38,834 nt of DNA. Origin: Gammaproteobacteria bacterium. GTDB lineage: Bacteria > Pseudomonadota > Gammaproteobacteria > GCA-001735895. Location: assembly GCA_050298595.1 (NCBI GenBank), contig JBNKUM010000049.1:1-38834 (forward strand), read 5' to 3'. Positions 1 to 7,736 of the stretch are shown here, piece after piece. Every line of letters starts with the position of its first letter. Positions within the stretch are counted from its first letter, which is position 1. The notes below the pieces were generated by a model. The model was not told where the DNA came from and searched no databases. It saw only the letters and a program-made list of their open reading frames with translations. Position numbers and translations under genes: made by a program.

Positions 1-34
1 CGCCGGATTGGGGGATTTGGGGGCTTCCCTTCGG

Positions 35-132
35 GCGAGACGGGAAACAGCCATCTGCTGCGTTGTCATCCTTGAAAAGGGCATGCCATTCCCTGCGGAT
101 GACGCCTTGCATATGACTATTTCCCGTCTCGC
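35..132. repeat. Long imperfect palindrome (CAAGGCG...CAACGCAG-type core on the minus strand), module-free copy
   Basis: Arms GCGAGACGGGAAACAGCCAT (35-54) and ATGACTATTTCCCGTCTCGC (113-132) enclose the inner stem GTCATCC..GGATGAC. The minus strand reads CAAGGCG...CAACGCAG like the other cores in the window. Followed by a CTAG-ending terminus GGACAGTACACTAG (153-166). Confidence 0.75.
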
Positions 133-162
133 TATAATCTACATACAGTTTAGGACAGTACA

Positions 163-325
163 CTAGGCTCGAGAAGCGTGGTTTGGTTATTCCAAATGAG
201 CGACGAGCAAAGCTTCCGCTCCTGCTCACGCTCCTTACCTACGTCCATGTAGGCAAAGCTTCCGCTCCTGCTCACGCTCCTTACCTACGTCCATGTAGGC
301 AACAACGAGTGGCGGTTTTTAAACC
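163..325 (+). repeat. Truncated palindromic core repeat carrying two tandem 46-nt modules
   Basis: TAGGCTCGAGAAGCGTGGTTTGGTTATTCCAAATGAGCGACGAG is followed by exact tandem GCAAAGCTTCCGCTCCTGCTCACGCTCCTTACCTACGTCCATGTAG at 207-252 and 253-298, then GCAA. The left arm is missing, cut at CTAG. Confidence 0.85.
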
Positions 326-382
326 TCAACCCGAAGCATCCAAAGGGCATAAAGGCTGGGACCATTTTCCCTCCAGCGGCGT

Positions 383-712
383 TTGACGCCGGCGCAACAA
401 TCACTGGCGGAATTTCTTGAGATCGATATCGATCTGCTGGCAGGTTTGGGGATGGACGAGAAGGCAACCCCACTCGAAGCACCTGATGACAGGGAAACTG
501 ATGTCTGGCTGGACAAATTGCCGAAGACCGAGGTCAGGGGGTACCTTCGACAGATGCTGAATGGGCAAGGTGCGAAGCGAACGCCGAGCGAGAGTCGAAT
601 CGACGATATGCCGCCTGACAACTGCAGTTTGTGCCGGCGCAGGGACTACGTCGCTCGGTCGAGGAATTGTGGCAATTGGCCGAACAGGCCAAACAGCAAC
701 GACTGGCCAAGG
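383..712 (+). pseudogene. Fragment of a conserved hypothetical protein gene
   Basis: No RBS or ATG. Protein-like LTPAQQSLAEFLEIDIDLLAG...WLDKLPKTEVRGYLRQML continues in a shifted frame as LRRSVEELWQLAEQAKQQRLAK and ends at the nested module cluster at 708. Confidence 0.5.
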
Positions 713-814
713 ATGTAGGTGTTAGGGCAAAGCACGACTCCAGGGAGGGGGAGGTACGAGCTCAAGGATGAGCGAAGGTAGGACAATGCAGGAGCTATTG
801 TCGAGGGCGAAGCA
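708..814 (+). repeat. Triple-nested GGA-hairpin modules (A-like > B > C)
   Basis: A-like fragment 708-734; module B 5' part 735-756 and 3' part 805-814 (matches the reverse complement of 37261-37308); 48-nt module C at 757-804 inserted inside B. Confidence 0.8.
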
Positions 815-867
815 ATGGTAAGAACAGCGTGAAAGACCGGGTATCCACTCTTCGTAAACCCCTTAAG

Positions 868-920
868 ATGTTCCTTTTTGTCGGCATATATTGACATTTG
901 CCGACATTATGGAACATGAT
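868..920 (+). promoter_or_regulatory. abiE promoter with overlapping inverted-repeat operator
   Basis: ATGTTCC-N4-TGTCGGCA (868-886) and TGCCGACA-N4-GGAACAT (899-917) flank a perfect TTGACA (891-896). Candidate -10 CATGAT at 915-920. AbiEi antitoxins are known to autorepress through promoter inverted repeats. Confidence 0.7.
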
Positions 921-926
921 TACAGT

Positions 927-1526
927 ATGAAAAGTGCCGGTCAACAGATTCTAGACATAGCCCACTCGCAAGGGCTTATCCGTCCTCGCGATATTTCTGC
1001 GCGAGGGCTTCCCCGAGTTACTCTGACCAGGCTTGTGCGCGAGGGACGCCTCATCCGGATAGGACGAGGCATGTATGCACTCCCCGACAGGCAAACCTCG
1101 GAGCATGGCTCGCTTGCAGAAGTTGCCAGCAAATATCCCGAAGGAATCATTTGCCTACTATCCGCGCTTCGCGTACATGATCTCACCACGCAATCACCTT
1201 TCGAAGTCTGGCTTGCCATACCTCACAAAGGTCGAGCACCGAAAATGGACTACCCTCCTCTCCGAATAGTGCGCGTCTCAGGCAAAGCTCTGACCGAAGG
1301 TATTGAAGAGCGCATAATAGACGGAGTTACCGTAAGAGTATCCAATGCTGCACGAACCGTGGTCGATTGTTTTAAGTTTCGCAATAAGATTGGACTGGAT
1401 GTCGCACTGGAAGCCCTGCGAGAGGCCTGGGACCATAAACGCGTCAGTATGGATGAGCTGTGGCACTATGCAACGATATTCAGAGTCGCGAATGTAATGC
1501 GCCCTTACATGGAAAGTATTTCATGA
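927..1526 (+). CDS. abiEi: Type IV toxin-antitoxin antitoxin, AbiEi family
   Basis: N-terminal wHTH (LTRLVREGRLIRIGRGMY), SALRVHDLTTQSP and RTVVDCFKFRNKIGLDVALEAL motifs. Likely start is the ATG at 927; ATGA overlap with the next gene. Confidence 0.9.
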   Translation: MKSAGQQILDIAHSQGLIRPRDISARGLPRVTLTRLVREGRLIRIGRGMYALPDRQTSEHGSLAEVASKYPEGIICLLSALRVHDLTTQSPFEVWLAIPHKGRAPKMDYPPLRIVRVSGKALTEGIEERIIDGVTVRVSNAARTVVDCFKFRNKIGLDVALEALREAWDHKRVSMDELWHYATIFRVANVMRPYMESIS

Positions 1527-2440
1527 CTAAGCGACACGTAGCAGCTTCCGTACGTGCCCGCCTGTTCAATCATGCACGTGAAACAAACCAGGATTTTAGC
1601 CTCGTACTAACTCGATTCTGCCTTGAGCGATTGCTGTACCGAATTAGTGTTTCTAAGCACGCGGAGCACTTCCTTCTGAAAGGTGCATTGCTGTTTGACC
1701 TCTGGTTTGACGTACCACACCGAACGACACGAGATGTAGACTTTCTGGGATTTGGATCACCTGAATTATCGAGCGTCGAAAAAACATTTAAAGATATTTG
1801 TAGTATTGATGTAGACGATGGCGTCCTATTCTTACCTGATACAGTTCGGGCTGAGGAAATACGAAAAGACGCCAATTACGCAGGCATACGCATAATGCTA
1901 TTGGCCACTCTGGATGGGGCACGTTGTCAAATTCAGGCTGATGTTGGGTTTGGCGATGCTGTTACGCCAGAGCCACTGGAAGTGGAATACCCAACCATAT
2001 TGAAAGACCTTGATGCACCGAGACTTCATGCATATCCACACTACACCGTTGTTGCTGAAAAGTTCGAAGCGCTGTCAAAACTGGGCATGACCAACAGTCG
2101 TATGAAGGACTATTTCGATCTATGGATTCTCGCGCGCCATACCGATTTTGATGGAGAAACGCTTTGCCAGGCGATCAAAGCTACTTTTTCTCGTCGAAAA
2201 TCGAATCTTCTAGCAGAACCTCCGTTGGGCTTAACGATGGTTTTTGCACAGGAGCCCAAAAAACAGATTCAGTGGCAGGCTTTCCTTCGCAAGAATGCAC
2301 TCGAAGAGCTGCCGTTAAAGGACGTTGTTGATTTTCTCGCTGACTTTTTAATGCCAGCCGCCACTGCAGCTAGTAACGCACAATCCTTCAATTTATGCTG
2401 GGTCCCCGGCGGGCCCTGGGTATTACCAGCAACAGACTGA
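1523..2440 (+). CDS. abiEii: Type IV TA toxin, AbiEii/AbiGii nucleotidyltransferase
   Basis: FLLKGALL..RTTRDVDF nucleotidyltransferase motif, AEKFEA and NSRMKDYFDL. Start ATG at 1523 is coupled to the abiEi stop. Confidence 0.9.
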   Translation: MTKRHVAASVRARLFNHARETNQDFSLVLTRFCLERLLYRISVSKHAEHFLLKGALLFDLWFDVPHRTTRDVDFLGFGSPELSSVEKTFKDICSIDVDDGVLFLPDTVRAEEIRKDANYAGIRIMLLATLDGARCQIQADVGFGDAVTPEPLEVEYPTILKDLDAPRLHAYPHYTVVAEKFEALSKLGMTNSRMKDYFDLWILARHTDFDGETLCQAIKATFSRRKSNLLAEPPLGLTMVFAQEPKKQIQWQAFLRKNALEELPLKDVVDFLADFLMPAATAASNAQSFNLCWVPGGPWVLPATD

Positions 2441-2520
2441 TAAAGGCACAATTCAGTATGGTCAAACTCTCTCAGTTCGAATGATAGAATAGTAGCCAAC
2501 CATTCTTCTATGCAAAGAGA

Positions 2521-2600
2521 TACAAGGGTGGTGAGGTACGAACACAATCTTGTCGGCCGTCTTAAATTGATGCGGTTCGCAAGGTTCACTGCATCCTACG
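2521..2600. repeat. Degenerate REP doublet (GTAG family)
   Basis: GGTGAGGTACGAACACAATC ... GATGCGGTTCGCAAGGTTCACTGCATCCTACG. The right unit reads CGTAGGATGCAGTGAAC..GAACCGCATC on the minus strand. Confidence 0.6.
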
Positions 2601-2622
2601 AACTGATTAAATTAGGGAAATT

Positions 2623-3180
2623 ATGAGATCAATAATCCACTTAGCCAAACTACTGTTACTGGTAGTCTCACTACTAACAACAACCTCTTGCACCCAGAAA
2701 ACTACACATGAAGTCACTGAATCTGCTGTTAAAGAAGATTACCAGTCTTACAGCAAAGATGGCCTGAGTTTGCAATATCCCAGCCACTGGTCGCTGGCTT
2801 ATGATGATAATGATGCTCTTCTTGCAAATCGTGATGTCAGCTTTGAAACTCTGGAATTTTCAAAGATAAGCGTACTCATCTATATTAAAAGCTCAGTGGA
2901 TGAGTCTGAGGTTGCCGATATTTTAATACACTCTATAAAGCCTGATACTAATAAGAATATTCAAGGTTTTCAACAAACCCCTATAGAAATCTCAGGTTTC
3001 AGAGGTTATCGGTTTACCTGGAAAAATACATTACTCGGTTCCACTGCCGTTGAAACGACGATATTGAAGATCAGTGTTTCACCTAAACCCGTTTTTGCAG
3101 TTTTTAATTTACTGGCTGAGGATATTGAAAAAGAGTCAGCTAACTTCATCCCCTTTTTAAAGAGCATTTCCTTTCAATAA
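2623..3180 (+). CDS. Hypothetical lipoprotein (possibly PsbP/Mog1p-like fold)
   Basis: Hydrophobic signal ending TTSC. YSKDGLSLQYPSHW resembles the PsbP-like strand motif. RBS-like AGGGA upstream; AT-rich. Confidence 0.7.
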   Translation: MRSIIHLAKLLLLVVSLLTTTSCTQKTTHEVTESAVKEDYQSYSKDGLSLQYPSHWSLAYDDNDALLANRDVSFETLEFSKISVLIYIKSSVDESEVADILIHSIKPDTNKNIQGFQQTPIEISGFRGYRFTWKNTLLGSTAVETTILKISVSPKPVFAVFNLLAEDIEKESANFIPFLKSISFQ

Positions 3181-3213
3181 ATATAAGGTATCAGGGTTTG
3201 ATTTGAGCCGATG

Positions 3214-3243
3214 CGTAGTATGAAGTGAAGTACGAACAGCATC
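3214..3243 (+). repeat. Degenerate REP unit
   Basis: CGTAGTATGAAGTGAAGTACGAACAGCATC aligns by eye with the REP units at 2521-2600. Confidence 0.5.
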
Positions 3244-3350
3244 TTTCCGGACCACCCTCAATCTACGGGCATACTGCCCAAATCGGTGGTGAGAAATTTA
3301 TCTGCGTTTAATTAGCTGAGTTTAAGGTGTAATCAGAAAAAAATTTCACA

Positions 3351-3383
3351 GGCTCACGTCATGAGCCACCTCCTCTCTATAAT
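3351..3383 (+). promoter_or_regulatory. Palindromic operator and -10 box
   Basis: GGCTCA-CGTCA-TGAGCC (3351-3367) lies 10 nt upstream of a perfect TATAAT (3378-3383). Confidence 0.55.
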
Positions 3384-3458
3384 AGCCGCAATTGATCAGG
3401 GCGTGTTGTCCTGGTTTTTGAATTGTCGTTAATTTTTAGACATTAAGAGAGGCTGGTC

Positions 3459-4268
3459 ATGCATACTGTAACAAACCATAGTGATACTCATTCAAAGCGC
3501 GAGCCATTCTTTGCTAAGCAAAATCTGGCTCCATCACCTTCTGGCACTTGCCAGTTATATTCTTCACTTAACTGTAACCGTATCGCTCTCAAATGCCTGA
3601 AGATCAGGGGTAATCAATTCGACGAATCGTTAATGATGATGGCGGTGACTGCTTTGTTACAATGGTTCGACACACAGCTGCTTAAGCCAATCAAGATTGT
3701 TGAAAAAGACTCGGTTCGGGAAATCAGCGTTTTTGACTGTATCCAATATCAGCGACATGAGCCGTCTAAATCTTTCAGCAGCTCTCTGCGTGTCGGAAAA
3801 TCTGAAACCCGTTTGATTCCCTGCCAGGTTACCTTAAACCAGTTGCTGCCCGATCAATGGATGGAAGCCGTCCTGAGACAGGCAGTTGCAGCCGTGTATC
3901 TGAAAGAGATTCGGATGAATCGGGCGGTTTACCGATGTTTACAGGAGGAAACTATCAAGCTGGTACAACGTGACCCAAGATTCCAGCATTTGATTAAAAA
4001 CCTGCTGCCCTGTGCGCTCGCGCTGGATGAACAGTTGCTGTCGATTGCACATCAGTTGTTTCCACATGCTAATGCCAGCTTTGAGGATCTGACCCTGATC
4101 TGGCAAAACCTGCACGTTTATCAAAGGATGATTGATGAGGAAAACCCGTTATTACGCCTGTTTCACCTGACCCGCTTACAACGTTTGAAGTGTCCTGTGA
4201 GTAAACGCAGATCCTGCGCTACCCAGCAAAAGCAACCCAGAGGCCTGACTTTAGTGGCTGTTTATTGA
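3459..4268 (+). CDS. Hypothetical protein, probably 3'-truncated or frameshifted
   Basis: 269-aa ORF with GAGG RBS. The C-terminus looks out of frame and is followed by a 14-nt direct duplication TACTGTTGCGTTGG (4280-4293, 4295-4308). Confidence 0.55.
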   Translation: MHTVTNHSDTHSKREPFFAKQNLAPSPSGTCQLYSSLNCNRIALKCLKIRGNQFDESLMMMAVTALLQWFDTQLLKPIKIVEKDSVREISVFDCIQYQRHEPSKSFSSSLRVGKSETRLIPCQVTLNQLLPDQWMEAVLRQAVAAVYLKEIRMNRAVYRCLQEETIKLVQRDPRFQHLIKNLLPCALALDEQLLSIAHQLFPHANASFEDLTLIWQNLHVYQRMIDEENPLLRLFHLTRLQRLKCPVSKRRSCATQQKQPRGLTLVAVY

Positions 4269-4404
4269 GCCCAGCCACATACTGTTGCGTTGGGTACTGT
4301 TGCGTTGGCTGTCAAATATTTGTGACATATTTGTAACCCCCTACCGGGTTAGAGCAAGGCAGTGTAGTATTCTTTAAATCGTTGCAAATTGAGACCTAAC
4401 TGAG

Positions 4405-4584
4405 ATGTTTTATTCTGAAGACACTACTATTGAAGACACTAATAACGTGAAAGAACCCGTCAAACATAACGATCAATTATTGATTATTGATGGTACTAGC
4501 TGTCTGGATTATACAACTGATCAACCTGAATCAAATAATGAAAACTTTATGCAGTCTTTTTGGGAACAGGTAAAGAACATCTGA
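4405..4584 (+). CDS. 59-aa acidic small protein, paralog of 5057-5257 (below the ORF-track cutoff)
   Basis: Translates to MFYSEDTTIEDTNNVKEPVKHNDQLLIIDGTSCLDYTTDQPESNNENFMQSFWEQVKNI. Shares MFYxEDTT and LI(I/L)DGT(S/T)CLDY with the neighbour. Confidence 0.7.
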   Translation: MFYSEDTTIEDTNNVKEPVKHNDQLLIIDGTSCLDYTTDQPESNNENFMQSFWEQVKNI

Positions 4585-4658
4585 TTCATTCGTCATTGCA
4601 AGGCCTGAAAAAACGCAGTTAGTACGGGCTCAAGGATTAGATGTCGTGAAGGTATAAC

Positions 4659-4961
4659 CCTGGATTCCGCAGTTGGACGAGTTGTAGTGCGTTTGAGGTG
4701 CTGTAGACCAAGGTGTGACGACGCACAATAGCGAGCTTTTCCAGGGAGTTACAAAGCTATCGCGTCCTGCTCACGCCCCTTACCTATGTCCCTATAGGCA
4801 AAGCTTCCGCGTCCTGCTCACGCCCCTTACCTATGTCCCTATAGGCAAAGCTTCCGCATCCTGCTCACGCCCCTTACCTATGTCCCTATAGGCAACACAG
4901 AGATACGTTTAGGAAACAGAAAGATACTCTCTAATACGAGCGCTCAACTGCGGATTCCAGA
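4659..4961 (+). mobile_element. MITE with IS1380-like ends carrying three tandem 47-nt modules
   Basis: Ends CCTGGATTCCGCAGTTG / CAACTGCGGATTCCAGA. Units start at 4752, 4799 and 4846, followed by CAA at 4893. No matching TSD. Confidence 0.85.
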
Positions 4962-5056
4962 TTCAAGCAGACTTTACCGCGTGATATGTGAACCGATGCA
5001 GAGTTTATTTCTAGAAATCTCATAGTATTAATATTGTTCAAGTCTGAGATATTGCC

Positions 5057-5257
5057 ATGATGTTTTATTTTGAAGATACAACACAGATTGAAAAAATCGT
5101 CGAGCAGGAAAACAAGATACTCATTCTGGATGGTACAACTTGTTTAGATTATGTTGACGAGAAACCGGTATTTGACAAGAAAAGTAGATTAAAGACATTT
5201 TTTGGGTATCTAAGCACTCATATCAACAACCACCGGCATATAAAGCCAGTGGCTTGA
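5057..5257 (+). CDS. 66-aa small protein, paralog of 4405-4584
   Basis: MFYFEDTT...ILILDGTTCLDY is conserved at protein level with synonymous nucleotide differences. Confidence 0.7.
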   Translation: MMFYFEDTTQIEKIVEQENKILILDGTTCLDYVDEKPVFDKKSRLKTFFGYLSTHINNHRHIKPVA

Positions 5258-5328
5258 GATAACTGCGGGAAGCCGGTCATTTCATGTCTGAGCAACTAAA
5301 AAGTAAAGCTTCTCAAAAATCAGTACTG

Positions 5329-5454
5329 CTATGATGCGGAATGATCAAATACACTGTGAGCGGTCTTTTTCTCTTTCTTAGCAGCCTTTTTCTCTTTTGC
5401 AGTCATTAATGGCTTCTTTTTATCTTCTTTGTTACCTTTCTTTTCTTTACTCAT
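5329..5454 (-). CDS. 41-aa lysine-rich small protein (not in ORF track)
   Basis: MSKEKKGNKEDKKKPLMTAKEKKAAKKEKKTAHSVFDHSAS with AAGGAG RBS 8 nt upstream of ATG. Confidence 0.7.
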   Translation of the reverse strand: MSKEKKGNKEDKKKPLMTAKEKKAAKKEKKTAHSVFDHSAS

Positions 5455-5703
5455 GATATTTGCTCCTTAGCACGGGACATAGATTGCCCTAAGTCCACCA
5501 TATACCTGAATTTTGCCAATAGCGAATCAGTTAAACTGATCAGCTAAAGAATGGGTCGATATAAATCCTAATAAGGCGCATAATGAGTTACGCAATTCTT
5601 TATTAGCCTGACTTCACTTCTGCTGATCTTCACTAACCGTCTCCAAACCGAAACTTGAAGATTCACAGCCTTCTACATCACAAACATATCACTGGACCCA
5701 AAC

Positions 5704-6768
5704 ATGTCACCCAACAATGGTAACAATAAGACACCCTCTTCATGGAATAGTCGGGCAAGTAGCTCAACCCCACCAGATCTTGAGGATCTGCTGCGCCAGG
5801 GACAGCATCGTTTACGTAATCTGATACCCAGTGGTGGTCAGTATGGCATCATTAGTATCTTGATAGTTTTCCTTATAGGTCTTGGCCTGTGGACATCCTA
5901 TTACACCGTACCCAGTGACTCTGTTGCCGTGGTTCAGCGATTTGGAAAGTACCTGAAAGAAGTACCACCAGGACTGCACTTTAAACTTCCTCTTGGTGTT
6001 GATATCGCTACTACTGTTCCAGTCAAACGACAACTTAAGCAGGAATTTGGCTTCTCGACACCAGGCGCTAAGGATCCATACCAGAGCCCTACAGATGGGC
6101 ACAAGGAAACCGAAATGGTGACTGGAGACCTTAACGCCGCATTAGTGGAATGGGTGGTTCAATACCGCATATCAGATCCGCAGAAATATCTTTTCGAGGT
6201 TAGAGAACCGAGCGCTACCTTGCGTTATGTTTCAGAGTCGGTGATGCGTGAAGTGGTCGGTGACAGAACAGTCGACGAAGTAATCACTATTGGACGTCAG
6301 GAAATAGAAACTGAAGCACTCACCAAGATGCAGGCTTTAACCACCAAATATGCCATGGGTATCAGTATTGATCAGGTGCAGTTGAAGAACATCAATCCCC
6401 CTGCCCCGGTGCAGGCTTCGTTTAATGAGGTCAACCAGGCTCAACAGGAAAAAGAAAAACTGATCAATGAAGCACGACGTGATTACAACAAGATCATCCC
6501 GCTTGCAGAAGGTGAAAAGGATCAGCGTATCCGCGAAGCTGATGGATATAGACTGAAACGAATTAACGAAGCCGAAGGTGATGTAGCAAGATTTTCAGCA
6601 CTATTGGCTGAATATAGTAAGGCACCTGAAGTGACACGACGTCGTATTTACATAGAAACCATGCAGGACATACTTCCCGGTATTCATTCCAAGATCATTC
6701 TTGACTCGCAGGCACGTAGTATTTTGCCCTTGCTCAATCTGGATTCTAAAAAGGAGTCAAAGCTATGA
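5704..6768 (+). CDS. hflK: FtsH modulator HflK (SPFH domain)
   Basis: PPDLEDLLR N-terminal motif, TM helix, VVQRFGK, MVTGDLN..VEWVVQYRI, APEVTRRRIYIETM. Confidence 0.92.
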   Translation: MSPNNGNNKTPSSWNSRASSSTPPDLEDLLRQGQHRLRNLIPSGGQYGIISILIVFLIGLGLWTSYYTVPSDSVAVVQRFGKYLKEVPPGLHFKLPLGVDIATTVPVKRQLKQEFGFSTPGAKDPYQSPTDGHKETEMVTGDLNAALVEWVVQYRISDPQKYLFEVREPSATLRYVSESVMREVVGDRTVDEVITIGRQEIETEALTKMQALTTKYAMGISIDQVQLKNINPPAPVQASFNEVNQAQQEKEKLINEARRDYNKIIPLAEGEKDQRIREADGYRLKRINEAEGDVARFSALLAEYSKAPEVTRRRIYIETMQDILPGIHSKIILDSQARSILPLLNLDSKKESKL

Positions 6769-7736
6769 AGATCATGCAAATACTAATTTTTGTAGTAGGA
6801 ATCCTGATAATTTATACCACAGGAAGTGCAATCTATACGGTAAACGAAGTTGAACAGGTCATCATTACTCAGTTTGGTAAACCCGTGGGTGAACCCGTTA
6901 CCGAAGCAGGATTAAAATTCAAAGTCCCCTTCATTCAGGAAATTAATCCGATTGATAAACGGGTACTGGAATGGGATGGCAGCCCTTCAGATATGCCTAC
7001 CAAAGATAAACTTTACATCTCGGTTGATCTGTTTGCACGGTGGCGCATTGTTGATCCATTGCAATACTTTTTGCGCCTACGTGATGAGCGCAGTGCGCAA
7101 TCACGTCTTGACGATATTCTGGGCAGTGAAACCCGAAATGCAGTCGCCAAACATGAACTCATAGAAATCATCAGAACTACCCAGGGACGTGAACCTCTAC
7201 GTGATGCCTTACTGACTGAAGCAGAACGTAATCAGGATATAGGAGCACTATTACCGATTACAAAAGGTCGTAAACTTGTTGAGCAGGCTATCTATGCTGC
7301 TGCAGCAGAAAAGGTAAAGGTATTTGGTATCGAGTTACTGGATATTCGTTTTAAGCGTATCAATTACAACAATAGCGTACGCCCTAAGATTTATGATCGT
7401 ATGATCAGTGAACGTAGACAGATTGCAGAGCGCTTTTTATCCGAAGGTAATGGAGAAGCTGCCAGAATTCGCGGTAATCGTGTACGCGATTTGAACAAGA
7501 TTCAATCAGAGGCCTACCGTAAAGTTGAAGAGATTCGCGGCTTTGCAGATGCAAAGGCTACAGAAATCTATGCTCGTGCCTATAACAAAAACGCTCAATC
7601 GGTTGAGTTCTACGAATTCACCCGCACCATGCAGGCCTATAAAACAATTATCGCCAAAGATACTACACTGGTCTTGAGTACAGAGAGTGATCTTTTCAAA
7701 TTTCTTAAGGGAATGAATGCCGGAGGTAACAAATAA
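6765..7736 (+). CDS. hflC: FtsH modulator HflC
   Basis: IITQFGKPV, GLKFKVPFIQ, RMISERRQIAERFLSEG, EFYEFTRTMQAY; ATGA-coupled to hflK. Confidence 0.92.
   Translation: MKIMQILIFVVGILIIYTTGSAIYTVNEVEQVIITQFGKPVGEPVTEAGLKFKVPFIQEINPIDKRVLEWDGSPSDMPTKDKLYISVDLFARWRIVDPLQYFLRLRDERSAQSRLDDILGSETRNAVAKHELIEIIRTTQGREPLRDALLTEAERNQDIGALLPITKGRKLVEQAIYAAAAEKVKVFGIELLDIRFKRINYNNSVRPKIYDRMISERRQIAERFLSEGNGEAARIRGNRVRDLNKIQSEAYRKVEEIRGFADAKATEIYARAYNKNAQSVEFYEFTRTMQAYKTIIAKDTTLVLSTESDLFKFLKGMNAGGNK

Noticed and set aside
183-386. 67-aa ORF with a repeated peptide, plus ORFs 285-482, 319-621 and 646-897
   Set aside because: They are translations of repeat DNA or antisense to a gene fragment, with no RBS.
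1460-1522. Extended starts in the ORF track (891, 1460, 31433, 32261)
   Set aside because: Downstream ATGs give translational coupling or better family-typical N-termini; the 891 start is the -35 box itself.
2440-3300. Integron cassette with attC sites around the lipoprotein gene
   Set aside because: No RYYYAAC...GTTRRRY paired cores are evident and there is no integrase; the flanks fit REP remnants better.
4752-4895. Tandem 47-nt repeats as a CRISPR array
   Set aside because: The units are contiguous with no unique spacers, and there are no cas genes in the window.
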